This document shows positions 22,851-36,018 of a stretch of 64,000 nt of DNA, one piece after another. The DNA comes from Dendrobates tinctorius (lineage: Eukaryota): positions 65,162,001-65,226,000 of the forward strand of contig NW_027361684.1 of NCBI RefSeq assembly GCF_039654945.1. The letters run 5' to 3'. A model generated the notes under the pieces. The model was not told where the DNA came from. It was given only the letters and a program-made list of their open reading frames with translations, and did not search any database. The position numbers and the translations under genes were made by a program. The number at the start of each line of letters is the position of its first letter. The first letter of the stretch is position 1.

Positions 22851-25273
22851 CCCCTTAACGTCCGCCTTTTAACGGCAGTAGTTAAGGGTGCTTAAACCAT
22901 AGCGCCGCTAATTAACGCGCTGTGGAAAAAAGTATATAGTGCCCCCCAGAGTCGAATTTTCTCCTGGGTCTCGGCTGCTGGGGATAGCCAAGACCCCAGA
23001 GAACATGATTCGCATCAGTTTCTACCAACCCCGATTTTGCAATCACCATTATTAACCGTATAATGGTGACTGCAAAAAAAAGTCTGATGTGCTATTTAAT
23101 TTCTCTCTCCTCTGATGTGATCGCAAATCAGAGGAGAGAGAAATAGGGTCCCCGATCCCCTGGTACCTCCAGGTGCTCCTTGGCCCTCCTGCTTCCCCTG
23201 ATGGGGACGCCATCTTGCTCAGGGAAGAAAATTGCTGGCGCATGTGCTGTGTGCCAGCCGAGATATGCCGGCCTGCACCTGGCAACAATAGGAAGATTTT
23301 ACCTATTGGTTCATTGTGGTCACTGTGATAGACCCTATCACAGTGATCAAAACAAAAAAATAGTAAATATCACCCCCTTAGTTAGGGAAAAATAATGAAA
23401 TAAAGAAAATATATTTATTTTCATTTTCCCTTTAGGGTTTGATTTAGGCTAAAGAGACTTGGGCTAGGGTTAGGGTTAGGCTTGGAATTAGAGTTAGGGT
23501 TGGAATTAGGGTTACAGTTGGGATTAGGGTTAGGGTTGGGATTAGGGTTAGGGTTGGGACTATGGTTAGGGGATTGTGGTTAGGGTTGGGATTAGGGGTG
23601 TGTTGGGGTTAGGGTTGTGGTTAGGGTTATGGTTAGGGTTGGGATTAGGGTGAGGGGTGTGTTGGGGTTAGGTTTGTGGTTAGAGTTATGGTTAGGGATG
23701 GTATTAGGGTTAGGGGTGTGGTGGGGTTAGGGTTGGAGTTAGAATTGAGGGGTTTCCACTGTTTAGGCATGTCAGGGGGTCTCCAAACACAACGTGGCAC
23801 CACCATTGATTCCAGCCATTTTTGCATTCAAAAAGTCAAACAGTGCTCCCTCCCTTCTGAGCCCCGATGTGTGCCCAAACAGTGGTTTACCCCAACATAT
23901 GGGGCATCAGTGTACTCAGGACAAATTGCACAACAACTTTGGGGGTCTAATTTATCCTGTTACCCTTGTGAAAATAAAAAATTGTGGGTTAAAAAATCAT
24001 TTTTGTGGAAAAAAAAGATTTTTTATTTTCACAGCTCTGCGTTATAAACTTCTGTGAAGCACTTAGAGGTTCAAAGTTCTCATCACACATCTAGATAAGC
24101 TCCTTGGGGGGTCTAGTTTCCAAAATTGGGTCACATGTGTGGGGGGTTTCTACTGTTTAGGCACATCAGGGGCTCTGCAAATGCAGCATGATGCTCGCAG
24201 ACCATTCCATCAAAGTCTGCATTCCAAAACTGTGCTCCTTCCCTTCTGAGCTCTGCCATGGGCCCAAACAGTGGTTCCCTCCACATATGGGGTATCAGCG
24301 TACTCAGGACAAATTGCACAACAACTTTTGTGGTCCAATTTATCCTGTTACCCTTGTGAAAATAAAAATTTGGGGGTGAAAACATAATTTTTGCGGAAAA
24401 AAATGTGATTTTTTTTTATTTTTACGGCTCTACGTTACCAATTTCTGTGAAGCACTTGGGGTTTCAAAGTGCTCACCACACATCTAGATAAGCTCCTTGG
24501 GGGGTCTAGTTTCCAAAATGGGGTCACTTGTGGGGTGTTTCTACTGTTTAGGCACATCAGGGGCTCTGCAAATGCAACATGACGCCCGCAGACCATTCCA
24601 TATGGCGCTCCTTCCTTTCCGAGCTCTGCCATGCACCCAAACAGTAAAAAAAATTGGTTCTGAAGTAAAATGTTTGTAAATAAAAGCTAAATGTTAATCC
24701 TGTGAAGCACTTAAAGGGGTTAATAAACTTCTTAATATGGTTTTGAGCACCTTAAGGGGTGCAGTTTTTAGTATGGTGTCACTTTTGGGTATTTTCTCTC
24801 ATATTTACACCTCAAAGTGACTTCAAATGTGATGTGGTCCCTAATAAAATGGTTTTGTAAATTTTGTGGTAAAATGATAAATCGCTGGTCATCTTTTAAC
24901 CCTTATAAGTTTCTAGCAAAAAACTAAATTGTTTCCAAAATTGTGCTGATGTAAAGTAGACATGTGTAAAATGTTATTCATTAAGTATTTTGTGTGACAT
25001 ATCTCTCTGATTTAAGGGCATAAAAATTAAAAGTTTGAAAATTGCAAAATTTAAATTTTTTTTGCCATATATCCATTTTTTCATAAATAAATGCAAGTCA
25101 TATCGAAGAAACTTTACCACTAACATGAAGTACAATATGTCACAAAAAACAGTCTCAGAATGAGCGGGATCTGTTAAAGCGTTCCAGAGTTATAACCTCA
25201 TAAAGTGACAGTGGTCAGAATTGTAGAAATTTGCCTGATCATAAAGCTGCAAATTGGCTCCGTCACTAAGGGG
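22851..25273 (+). mobile_element. Second non-autonomous TTAA-flanked (piggyBac-like) element
   Basis: ttaa-CCCCTTA ... TAAGGGG-ttaa; telomere-like tract, ~390-bp units (23750, 24143, 24533) and 3' region collinear with 10033-11926. Confidence 0.8.
23460..23745 (+). repeat. Interstitial telomere-like repeat, variant-rich
   Basis: TTAGGG interspersed with TTGGGA, TTGTGG and TTATGG variants. Confidence 0.85.
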
Positions 25274-26355
25274 TTAACCTCTGCACCGCTAACAGAAATC
25301 AACACCGTTAATATGAAGGAGACGTGCTACTTTTCAGTGCAATTCCCGATGGAGGATATTAGAATACAGTTTAACTGGCACTGATTATGTACAGTGAAGA
25401 AATCACAGCACTCCAGTTATTTCCAGCAAAATGTGTAACTTTTCAATCCAAGTCAGGTTCGCTGGTAAGCAGACCTGTGTTTGCTACTAGGCAATGGAGG
25501 GCAGTAGCTTAATGAGGTAATGAGGTTCTTCTGCCTTCATACACGTTGACACGGTGTGCACTCTAGCATACAGCATAAACCACCTTCAATCTTCCAAAAT
25601 AAGCAGACCGTTCTCTGTAGTCTAACTTGTTTATTGCTGAAGAGTATAGAACATGCAATAAAACTATAAAGAATACAAATGAGTAAGTATTGGGCAGATG
25701 ATCACACAGCTAACAAAATTACAGGAAGTATACAGTGTGATGCAAACTTTACATAGAAATACACAGGTGTCTAATTACATCTGCTGTGCACTGGCTCCAT
25801 ACAGTTAACAACATTTCTGAACAAAACTGTATTGCAAGAAAGATATTAATCTTACCAGATATGCTTTACCAGGATAACGAACTCAAGTAGGGAAGTTACA
25901 GGAGAACAGAAAAACACATGTGTCCTTATGAAATACACAGAAGAAAATGGAATCTTCCTCATCCCAGAATGCATTGCTTCATTCCCACTGCATTGCTTCA
26001 ATCCCACAGTGCAACACTTCTGTTCAAGACACAGGCTGTAAATGCTATTTAAGACACAGCTATAAATTCAGCCACCACTAGATAGTGCTATAACTAAACC
26101 AGCACATAATACAAACATATTTGCCCTATTCAGAGGGCAGAACAGAGGTGGCGCAAGCTGCTCACAATGCAAATTACAGGTAAAAATTTTCTTACAGCCT
26201 GCTCCTTGCCTCGCCATCAGAACCCACATCTTTTTAAGAGGGAGAACATTACAAAGCTTAGGAAAAAGAGATGGACTATATTAAATGCTCCTCCCTCTCC
26301 TCTACAGGTTCTTAAAAGGAATCTGCCAGTAGAATCAACTCTTCTAAGCCATCAA

Positions 26356-26680
26356 CATTGGGGGAAAGTATTTGATCCCTTGCTGATTTTGTAAGTTTGC
26401 CCACTGACAAAGACATGAACATTCTAAAATTTTAAGGCTAGGTTAATTTTAACATTGAGAGACAGAATGTCAAAAGTAAAATCCAGAAAATTGCATTATA
26501 TAAATTATATAAATTTATTTGCATTTTGCAGTGAGAAATAAGTATTTGATCCCCTACCAACCATTAAGAGTTCAGGCTCCTACATACCAGTTAGACGCTA
26601 CTAATCAACTCGTTACCTGCATTAAAGACAGCTGTCTTCCATAGTCATCTTTATAAAAGACTCCTGTCCACAGACTCAAT
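26356..26680 (+). mobile_element. Tc1 left-end fragment
   Basis: Closely matches 40579-40875 (GGGGGAAA..GTATTTGATCCCTTGCTG...). Confidence 0.8.
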
Positions 26681-26963
26681 GTTTTATTCTAGAGAAATGT
26701 ATGCATTTATTAATATGTAAATGAGCTGTTGAGATCTATGAGTTGGACACAGATCTCCCTGAGAATCTGCCTCCAGAAATTATTATAGATGAAACGGTGA
26801 GTTACCAGTGTTAGACATGTAGATCAGGCGAGTCGGCTGTCAGTCATTACATGTCTCACACTGTTGATGCCCCTTTCATTTAAAATAAGCTCTTAAGATA
26901 AACAATTTACAAATCTGTAAATTCATAAGAATATAATAACCAACAGTGTGTCATGTTTGACAG

Positions 26964-27075
26964 GAACAATCGACATAAATATTCAATGTGTTGTTTACAA
27001 CATATCCTCGATGACATGTACATGGACCTATAGTGAAAATGCAACATATAGCACTGAGCACATGCTAACTTTACA
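26964..27075 (+). CDS. Cytokine receptor gene coding exon 4 (D2, C-x9-C-x-W motif)
   Basis: tttgacag acceptor, CA|gtaagt donor; (G)TIDINIQCVVYNISSMTCTWTYSENA...; phases 1 to 2. Confidence 0.92.
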
Positions 27076-27155
27076 GTAAGTGTAAGATTATTTGCATCAA
27101 TATTTGTAAAATAGGTATCCTCGATTTAAATTATAAAACACTCTTTTTGCTGCAG

Positions 27156-27331
27156 GCAAGGCGCAACCACCGTTAACTGCAAGCAATACGTAAATGACAT
27201 CAAAATGAGGACAGGCAACTGTACATTTCATGATTTAAACATAGATTATTTTACATCTGTGACAATCCTTCTGAATAGAAAAGGTTCTGAGGAATATGCA
27301 ATAAAAGATTGGTTCAAACCTGCAGAAAAAG
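27156..27331 (+). CDS. Cytokine receptor gene coding exon 5 (D2, third and fourth conserved Cys)
   Basis: ttttgctgcag acceptor, AAG|gtatag donor; NCKQYVNDIKMRTGNCTFHDL; phases 2 to 1. Confidence 0.92.
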
Positions 27332-27923
27332 GTATAGTAGACCTTTACTTGTAAGGTAACAATATCCTAACACTCTATTATGCTGCTAAATTATACATAG
27401 CACAGAACAGTAAACCGGTGACCTGCCTCTTACTTGCCAGCATCCCTTCTGATTAGTAGACCGGGTGCAACATCATACTGTATGTGTGCCATAATACAAC
27501 AATGATATTGCATCAGGCTTACAAACCAGAAGAGGCACTGGATACTCCAGCAGATGGGAGGCAGTTCACGAGGCTCCTGTATAATGGCCACAGACTACTT
27601 GATGTGGCCACTGGACCAGGGTCTTGAGAATCTATTTGCTTATCTCTACATGGCAGCAATGCCACAAACAGGGCTTTACAGGTGGTACAGCTGTCTGTGG
27701 TCAAAGGGGCAAAAACTCACCTGTGAGCTGCTACCCACCAGTTGTTACATGGAAGGTAAGAAGTTTTATTTTAAAAGTGTTTAATTATGTACAGAACCAT
27801 TTCCCAATATGGCGCTCTTCATTACACATAAGCAAGATGTGTACAACTATAATTCTGTTTCCCCACCACCATGAACCAACAGAATTTATTACAAGGACTT
27901 GATAGCTACAAAAAGATCAGATA

Positions 27924-29394
27924 TAGTATATCACAAAACTGAGTACACCCTTCGGATTTTTGTAAATATTTTATTATATCTTTTTATGGGACAACACTGA
28001 AGATATGACACTTTAATATAATGTAAAGTAGTCATTGTACAGCTTGTATAACAGTGCAAATTTAGTGAGCCCTCTAAATAAATCAACACAGAGTCTTTAA
28101 TGTCTATACCACTGGCAACAAAAGTGATTACACCCCTAAGTGAAAATTGCTAAATTGTGTCCAAAATGTCAATATTTTATGTGGCCACCATTATTTTTAA
28201 GCACTGCCTTAACTATCTTGGGCATAGGGTTCATTAGAGCTTTACAGGTTGCCACTGGCATCTTATTCCACTCCACCACAATGACATCACAGAGCTGGTG
28301 GATGTTAGAGACCTTGCACTCCTCCACTTTCCATTTGAGGATGCCCCACAGATGGGTTTAGTTCAGGAGTCATGCTTGGCCAGTCCTGCACCTTTACCGT
28401 CACTTTCGTTAGCAAGGCAGTGGTCATCTTTGAACGTGTGTTTGGAGTCATTATCATGTTGAAATACCGCCCTGTGGCCAAGCTTCCGAAGGGAGGGCAT
28501 CACGCTCTGCTTCAGTAGGTCACAGTACCTGTTGGCTTACCGCCTCATACGTTTGACACCATCTGATCCAAATAAGTTTATCTTGGTCTCATCAGACCAC
28601 AGGACATGGTTCCCATAATCCATGTCCTTAGTCTGCTGTCTTCAGTAAAATGTTTGTGGGCGTTATTGTGCATCATCTTTAGAAGAGGCTTTCTTCTGGG
28701 ATGAAAGCCATGCAAACCAATTTAATGTAGTGTGAGACATATGGCCTGAGCACTGACAGGCTGACTCCCCACCCCTTTAACCTCTGCAGCAATACTGGCA
28801 GCACTCATAGATCTATTTTGAAAAGACAACCTCTGGATATGACGCTTAGCATGTGCACTCAACTTCTTTGGTCGATCCTGACTGTTTGGAGTGGAACCTG
28901 TCTTGTTAAGCCACTGTATGGCCTTGGCCACTGTGCTGGAGCCCAGTTTTAGGGTGTTGGCAATCTTCTTATTGCATAGACCATCTTTATGTAGAGCAAC
29001 AGTTCTTTCTTTCAGATCCTAAGAGAGTTCTTTGCCGTGAGGTGCCATTTTGAACTTCCAGTTACCGGTATGAGAGAGTGTGAGAGTGATAACACCAAAC
29101 TTAAAACTCCTGCTCCCCATTTATATATGAGACCTTGTAACACTTATCAGTCACATTACATCGTGAAGCCATTTTCACTTAGGGGTGTACTCACTTTTGT
29201 AGCCAAAGATTTAGACATTAATGGCTGTATGTTGAGTTATTTAGAGGACTTACCAAATTTACACCATTATACAAGTTGTATGCTGACTACTTTACATTGT
29301 ATCAAAGTGTCATATCTTCAGTGTTGTCCCATGAAAAGATATAATAACATATTTACAAAAATGTGATGTGTTTTCTCACATTTGTGGTATACTG
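27924..29394 (-). mobile_element. Tc1-like transposon (IR/DR type), internally deleted
   Basis: TA flanks, long TIRs with inner direct repeats (~28115, ~29170), minus-strand transposase remnants (DRPKKLS, WSDETK). Confidence 0.82.
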
Positions 29395-29878
29395 TAGGTG
29401 CCTACTAAATGTACACAATGAACAAAATGGATCAGTGCTAATTGATGGTCATTACAGCCGGAAGTCTGCTGATCACCGCCGTGCCTGTCATGACTGTGCT
29501 ACTATGAAAACCAATCTGTGGTTAGCATACACAGGAAGACATGATTTTCGCTGTAAACTGCAATACTGTATGTATTGCAGTATTGTGCTATACAGTGCAA
29601 GCAAGAGGACTACAAAATTCAGTAAAGAAAAAGGGTTTTCAAAATATGTTTATAAAAGAATTAAAAAGTTTGACCATTAAAAATTAAAAATAAAATCATT
29701 TTGTAGTGCTGCATCCATAAAGCTCTGATTTAAAAAAATATAAAATTACTTACCCAATCGGTAAATGGGGTAAAGAGAAAAAAAAAAAAATCGAAGTGCC
29801 GAAATTGAAGTTTTTCTGTTTCCAAAACACAAAAAATGTACTAAGAAGCAATCAAACTGTCCTTTCTACACCAAAATA

Positions 29879-30084
29879 CAGGGTGGGCCATTTATATGGA
29901 TGCATCTGGGTGGGCCATTTATAATGTTGGATCCAAAATGGCTGACTTCAAAATGGCCATCATGGTCACAACCCATCCGGATGAGTTTTCCCCCTCCCAT
30001 ATACTAATGTGCCACAAACAGGAAGTTGAAATCACCAGCCTTTCCCATTTTATTTAGGTGGATCCATATAAATGGCCCACCCTG
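29879..30084. mobile_element. Tc1/mariner-type MITE
   Basis: TA-CAGGGTGGGCCATTTATATGGAT ... ATCCATATAAATGGCCCACCCTG-TA perfect TIRs; sits in a fragment (~29430-30420) resembling the element at 41950-56225. Confidence 0.85.
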
Positions 30085-30604
30085 TAGTTTCAATAATAAA
30101 ATTAACTCGGGGCACAAAAATAAATGAGGAAAAAAAACAAAAAAAGCCACATGTGGAATGACATTTTTTGCACCATTTCACTGCATTTGGAATTTTGTTT
30201 CCTGCTTTCCAGTACATTGAATGGTAAAATAAATTATGTAATTCAAAACTTCACCTCGTTCTTATAAGACTTTCTACCAAAAAATATGTATACTTGAAAA
30301 AAAACAAACAAAAAACTATTAATTTTATGTGCAAAAAAATAAAATATGTATGACTCTTGGAAGAAGAACAGAAAAAACAAAATGAAAAAAAAAGATGGAA
30401 AATCACCTTTAGGTGAAAACAGGGAAATAATAACTTTTTTCCATTTACTGACAGCAAAAAAGGGCTTGACACTGATACAAAATTGAATAACATTAGAAAG
30501 TTTCAGGACTTATAATTTTATGATTATTAAGCTTTATTACATAAAACTGGAAAAGCCATGCCTGCTTGGTTCTGTATTACTGATATACTTTTCATTGTTT
30601 TAAG

Positions 30605-30735
30605 AAATTTTGAACCCGCCGACAAATGACACACTAAGACATTCTGAAGAAACTGTCATATTGAGCTGGGAGTCTCCCCGAACAAACTATCCTGTTCCTC
30701 GATCATGCTTTCACTACCAAATTGAAAAGAACAAG
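30605..30735 (+). CDS. Cytokine receptor gene coding exon 6 (D3, first half)
   Basis: ttttttaag acceptor, AAG|gtatca donor; (E)ILNPPTN...VILSWESPRT...CFHYQI; phases 1 to 0. Confidence 0.9.
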
Positions 30736-31392
30736 GTATCACACTGTCTCTAACACGTAAAACGAATATTTCTGTGTCAAAGGGCGTCAAATATTATTGC
30801 AATATTAGTGGGATAGTTATCTTTGTCAGCTGCAAATTTTATGTTTGTTCACAATAGAAAAACATATGGCCCAATTGATGAAAACCTGCAATTTTAACAC
30901 AGTTCTAGATGAGGGGGTATGGCCGAAACAGAGGCACCTGGTTCAGAAAGAGGTGCATGTCTCTTAATGAACGTCTGACAATTGGTGTGGGGTTCCGTGT
31001 GCCACACCACAAATCTTACTCCTGTCAGGACTGTAGTAAGATTTCTGGTTTGAGATATGCCACAGAATGTCAGGAATTAGACGACATGTGGCATTCCGTC
31101 CCTGTCCAGCACCAGATTCGCCCATTTTTGTAGAGCGTATAGAAAACTGAGTGAAAATGACAAAAGTTTTAAAAAAAATTGCAACTTTTCAAAATGTTTT
31201 CCCAGTGTAAACGCCTTGATGAAGCGAGGCCAAAGTACTGACCGCCGTCAAGGGTAATTTTTACACTTTTATCACAGTTGCATAACTGATTTTCTTTCTT
31301 GTATTTTGCTGTTGCTCTATGCTGGGCAGGATGTCATTGTGTTCTACTCTAGCATGAAATGTAAGTTATCAATATTGGTAGCAGTCATTATC

Positions 31393-32742
31393 AAATACAG
31401 GCCGGTGAGTCTGACTTCTATACCAGGAAAGATCTTTGAACAAATTATTAAACAACATGTATGTCAGTACCTGGATAAGAATGAAGTGATTAAACAGAGT
31501 CAGCATGGGTTTGTAACTAATAAGTCATGTCAGACTAATTTAATTTCCTTCTATGATGGTATTACTGATTGGGTGGATCAAGGAAATGCTGTAGATATAG
31601 TATATCTTGACTTCAGCAAAGCATTTGACAAAGTCTCTCATACAATCCTTATTGAAAAAATGACTAAGTATGGAATGGACAAGGCAACTGTTAGGTGGAT
31701 TCATAACTGGCTTAGTGATCGGACCCAAAGAGTGGTCGTAAATGGCTGCACATCCAGTTGGAAGAATGTCTCAAGTGGGGTACCACAGGGCTCTGTCCTG
31801 GGCCCTGTATTGTTCAACATCTTTATCAACGATTTAGATGAAGGAATTGAGGGTAAACTGATTAAATTTGCTGATGACACAAAGCTAGGAGGGATAGCTA
31901 ATACTAGAGAAGAGAGAGAGAGGATTCAAAAAGATTTAAATAAACTGGAGAAGTGGGCAGCAACTAACAGAATGGTTTTTAACAGGGAGAAATGCAAAGT
32001 ACTACATCTGGGCAATAAAAATGAAAAAAGCATATATAGAATGGGAGGAATAGGGCTAAGTGACAGCACATGTGAAAAAGACTTGGGTATACTAATAGAT
32101 CACAGACTGAATATGAGTCAACAGTGTGATGCAGCAGCAAAAAAGGCAAATGCAATTCTAGGATGTATTAACAGAAGCATACAGTCTAGATCACGTGAAG
32201 TAATTATTTCCCTCTACTCCTCTTTGGTCAGACCTCATCTGGAATATTGTGTCCAATTTTGGGCACCACATTTTAAAAAAGACATCAACAAACTGGAGCA
32301 AGTTCAGAAAAGAGCGACCAGAATGGTGACCGGTCTGCAAACCCTGTCTTATGAGGAAAGGTTGCAGGATTTGGGAATGTTTAGTTTGCAAAAGAGAAGA
32401 CTGAGAGGAGACTTAATAGCTGTCTACAAATATCTAAAGGGCTGTCACATTGTAGAAGGATCAACTTTATTCTCATTTGCACAAGGAAAGACTAGAAGCA
32501 ATGGGATGAAGCTGAATGGGAGGAAACACAGATTAGATATTAGAAAAAACTTTTTGACAGTTAGAGTGATCAATGAGTGGAACAGGTTGCCACGAGAAGT
32601 GGTGAGTTCTCCTTCAATGAAAGTCTTCAAACAGAGGCTGGACAGACATCTAACTGGGATGATTTAGCGAATCCTGCTTTGAGCAGGGGGTTGGACCAGA
32701 TGGCCCAGGAGGTCCCTTCCAACTCTACGATTCTATGATTCT
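31393..32742 (+). mobile_element. CR1 LINE, 5'-truncated, with an open 3' part of ORF2
   Basis: [30 protein letters not shown] and RPHLEYC motifs without stops to 32667; 3' UTR ending in ATTCTATG-type repeats. Confidence 0.93.
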
Positions 32743-33669
32743 AGGACAGTTAGGAGAGGTCCTCCATCATCACCCGGTCAGGGTCATTCATAACGAAAGA
32801 TTGTCCATGTATAACAACCTAAGTAGCGTCACATTGATATAAGATCTAACATCTAAACTTCTAACATCCATTCTTATATATTTCTTGGAAGCCATCAAAA
32901 ATAAATACTAGATAAAAAGGTATTTTTAACCCATTCGCAAGCAGTTGATTTTTTTTTGTTTTTTTTGCCTTTTCTCCCCTTTTTCCACAATAAACAACTT
33001 TAAGGCTACGTTCACAAGATGAGTTTTTGATGTTGCAGATTTTCTGCACTATTTCTGCATCTATTAGGTAAATTACCGCATATACTCGTGTATAAGCCGA
33101 TATTTTCAGCCCACTTTTTGAGCTGAAAGTCCCCCTCTCGGCTTATACACGAGTCATATACCTGGGGGTCGGTGGGGGAGCGGGGGTGACAGAGATCATA
33201 CTGGCCCCCCCACCGCGGTCTCTACAGCCCCCCCGCTTCTCCCACGGTCTCCCTTCCTGCCTTCAGCGGTCACATGGTACCGCTCATTAAACTCATGAAT
33301 ATGCGCATATTTCTGAGTTTAATGAGCGGTACCACATGACCGCTGAAGGAAGGAAGAGCTGCTGGAGACCGTGGGAGTTGGAGAAGCGGGGCTGCAGAAA
33401 CCGCGCCAGGAGGGGGTAAGTATATCCAATATTCACATGTCCGGGGTCCATCGCTGCTCACTGCTGTCTGTCTGCTTCCTGTGTCAGTGACGTTTAGGCA
33501 GCAGGGGGCGTGGTGACGTGTGTAGTGTGCACTGCAGCCTCTGCTGGCTAAACAGTCACTGACAATAGAAGCAGACAGACAGCGATGAGCAGCGATGGAC
33601 CCCCGGACATGTGAATATCCCAGGTGCCGTGTCCTGAGCAGAAGAGGTGAGTATGGCATTTTTTTTTGC

Positions 33670-34960
33670 AGAAGCAGCATATGGGGGCATAATATATGGA
33701 GCATTTTATGGGGGCAGCATATGGGGAATATTCTATGTGGGCATACTCTATGGAGCAGCATATGGGGGCATAATATATGGAGCATTTTATGGGGGCAGCA
33801 TATGGGGGCATATTCTATGGAGCAGCATATGGGGGCATAGTCTATGGGGCAGCATATGAGGGCATATTCTATGAGGCAGCATATGGGGGCATATTCTATG
33901 GGGTAGCATATGGGGCAGCATAAGGGGGCATGTTTTATGGAGCAGCATATGGGGGCATATTCTATGGAGCAGCATATGGGGGAATATTCTATGGGGCAGC
34001 ATATTGGAGCATAGTCTATGGAGCAGTATATGGGGGCATATTCTAATGGGCAGCATATGGGGCATATTCTATGGGGCAGCATATGGGGGCATAGTCTATG
34101 GGGCAGCATATGGGGGCATATTCTATGGGGCAGCATCTGGGGGCATATTCTATGGAGCAGCATATGGGGGAATATTCTATGGGGCAGCACATGGGGGCAT
34201 ATTCTATGGGGCAGCATATGGGAGCATATTCTATGGGGCAGCATATGGGGACCTAGTCTATGGGGCAGCATATGGGGGCATAGTCTATGGAGCAGCATAT
34301 GGGGGAAGAATATGAGGGCATATTCTATGGAGCAGCATATGGGGGCATAATCTATGGGGCAGCATATGGGGCATAATCTATGGAGCAGTATATGAGGGCA
34401 TAATCTATGGAGCATTTTATAGGGCATAATCTATGGAGCATCTTATTGGGGCATAATCTATGAAGCATCTTATGAGGGCATAATCTATGGAGCATTTTAT
34501 GGGGCATAATCTATGGAGCATCTTATGGGGCATAATCTATGGAGCATTTTATGGGGGCATAATTTGTGGAGCATTTTATGGGGCATAATCTATGGAGCAT
34601 CTTATGGGGGAATAATCTATGGAGCATCATATGAGGGCATAATCTATGGAGCATTTTATAGGGCATAATCTATGGAGCATCTTATTGGGGCATAATCTAT
34701 GAAGCATCTTATGGGGGCATAATTTGTGGAGCATATTATGGAGCATAATCTATGGAGCATCTTATGGGGCATAATCTATGGAGCATTTTATGGAGCATCT
34801 TATGGGGGAATAATCTATGGAGCATTATATGGGGCATATTGTTCTATGGAGCATCTTATGGGGGTATTATTAACCTTTGTGCAGCATTATATGGGGTGTA
34901 TTTTGAATGGAGCATCTTATGGGGCCCATCATGAACTGTATGGAGCATTATATGGGGCTC
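33670..34960 (+). repeat. 27-bp minisatellite with two sub-arrays
   Basis: CTATGGGGCAGCATATGGGGGCATATT, then CTATGGAGCATCTTATGGGGGCATAAT units. Confidence 0.9.
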
Positions 34961-34997
34961 CTGATTCAATATGGATATTCAAAAACATTTAACCTAC

Positions 34998-36018
34998 TGT
35001 TACACCTCTCCGTCATACTCACCCGGCCTCCGCTCCCATGCCGCAGCCGGTGTCCGCTCCCACGCCACAGCCGGCCTCCGCTCCCACGCCGCAGCCTCTC
35101 CCCATCCGACGGCCACCTCTGATGGGCTCGCGGCTGACGCCATCCCTGCATGCAATGCACATGCGCCATAGGCCGCGCCTCCCTTCAGCTTCTTGTGCTC
35201 CGGCTGTGCCCTGACCCGGAAGTACCTTCGGACCAATGGCAGACCAGACGGGGCCATATCAGGCCACCTCCCCCTGAAGGAGGTGCCTGATCATTGTGTT
35301 ACCTTGCACACTGGGCCCTGCTTCCTCCTGTGCTCTCTGCAGCCTCTCGGTTCCGTCCGCGGTGTTTCCTGCAGCAGCCTCGCAGCCCTGTCTCCCATGT
35401 TCCCTGCATTATACTCCAGTCCTGTTCCTGTGTTCCTGTTCCATTATACTCCAGTCCTGCTCCAGCGTTCCTGTTCCTTCCTACTCCAGTCCTTTTACTG
35501 TGTTCCATTTCATCCTACTCCAGTCGTGCTCCAGTGTTCCTGTTCCATCCTACTCCAGTCCTGTTCCTGTGTTCCTGTTCCATCCTACTCCAGTCCTGTT
35601 CCTGTGTTCCTGTTCCATCCTACTCCAGTCCTGTTCCTGTGTTCCAGTTCCATCCTACTCCAGACCTGCACCAGCATTCCTGTTCCATCCTACTCCAGTC
35701 CTGCCTCCAGTGTTCCTGCTCCATCCAGTAATCCATACTCCTACAGTCCTACTTCAGTCCTGTCTCCCGTGTTCCGCTCCAGCCATCTCTCCATATTCCA
35801 GCCTTACAGTCTACGCTTCAGTCCTGCACTCCTACTCCAGTCCATTCTGAGCCGCCCCTCTCGGTACCAGCTACCGTGGTACTTGAACCTCTGGGCCTGC
35901 TCCTAACGGTCCCTGTATAGGGTTCAATTCCACCTGGCAGCTCGCCGGGGGCCCCTTGGTGCCACAGTCCAGAGGGTCCACTCCTGTAGATTCTGGCTCC
36001 TGACCACCCACGCTAACA
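34998..36018 (+). mobile_element. Solo LTR with internal 35-bp tandem repeat
   Basis: TGTTAC...CTAACA ends, 5-bp TSD CCTAC (34993-34997 and 36019-36023); TACTCCAGTCCTGTTCC unit at 35551, 35586, 35621, 35656 and 35691. Confidence 0.85.

Noticed and set aside
25380-26307. Possible minus-strand LTR or other TE remnant
   Set aside because: No matching termini or TSD could be established
27517-27755. Candidate extra exon ending at a strong AAG|gtaag donor
   Set aside because: No receptor-like motif; exons 5 and 6 already join in frame with the expected domain spacing
30903-30935. Hammerhead-like CTAGATGAGGGG..CCGAAAC
   Set aside because: Non-canonical core, weak helix II and no convincing helices I or III
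31306-31392. N-terminus of the 453-aa ORF, or a 31-nt mini-exon at 31330-31360
   Set aside because: Flank read-through upstream of a 5'-truncated CR1; the mini-exon lacks WSXWS and does not fit the expected exon
33270-34427. 385-aa His/Cys/Pro-rich ORF and overlapping Gly/Tyr-rich ORFs
   Set aside because: Translation of a 27-bp minisatellite that is open in several frames
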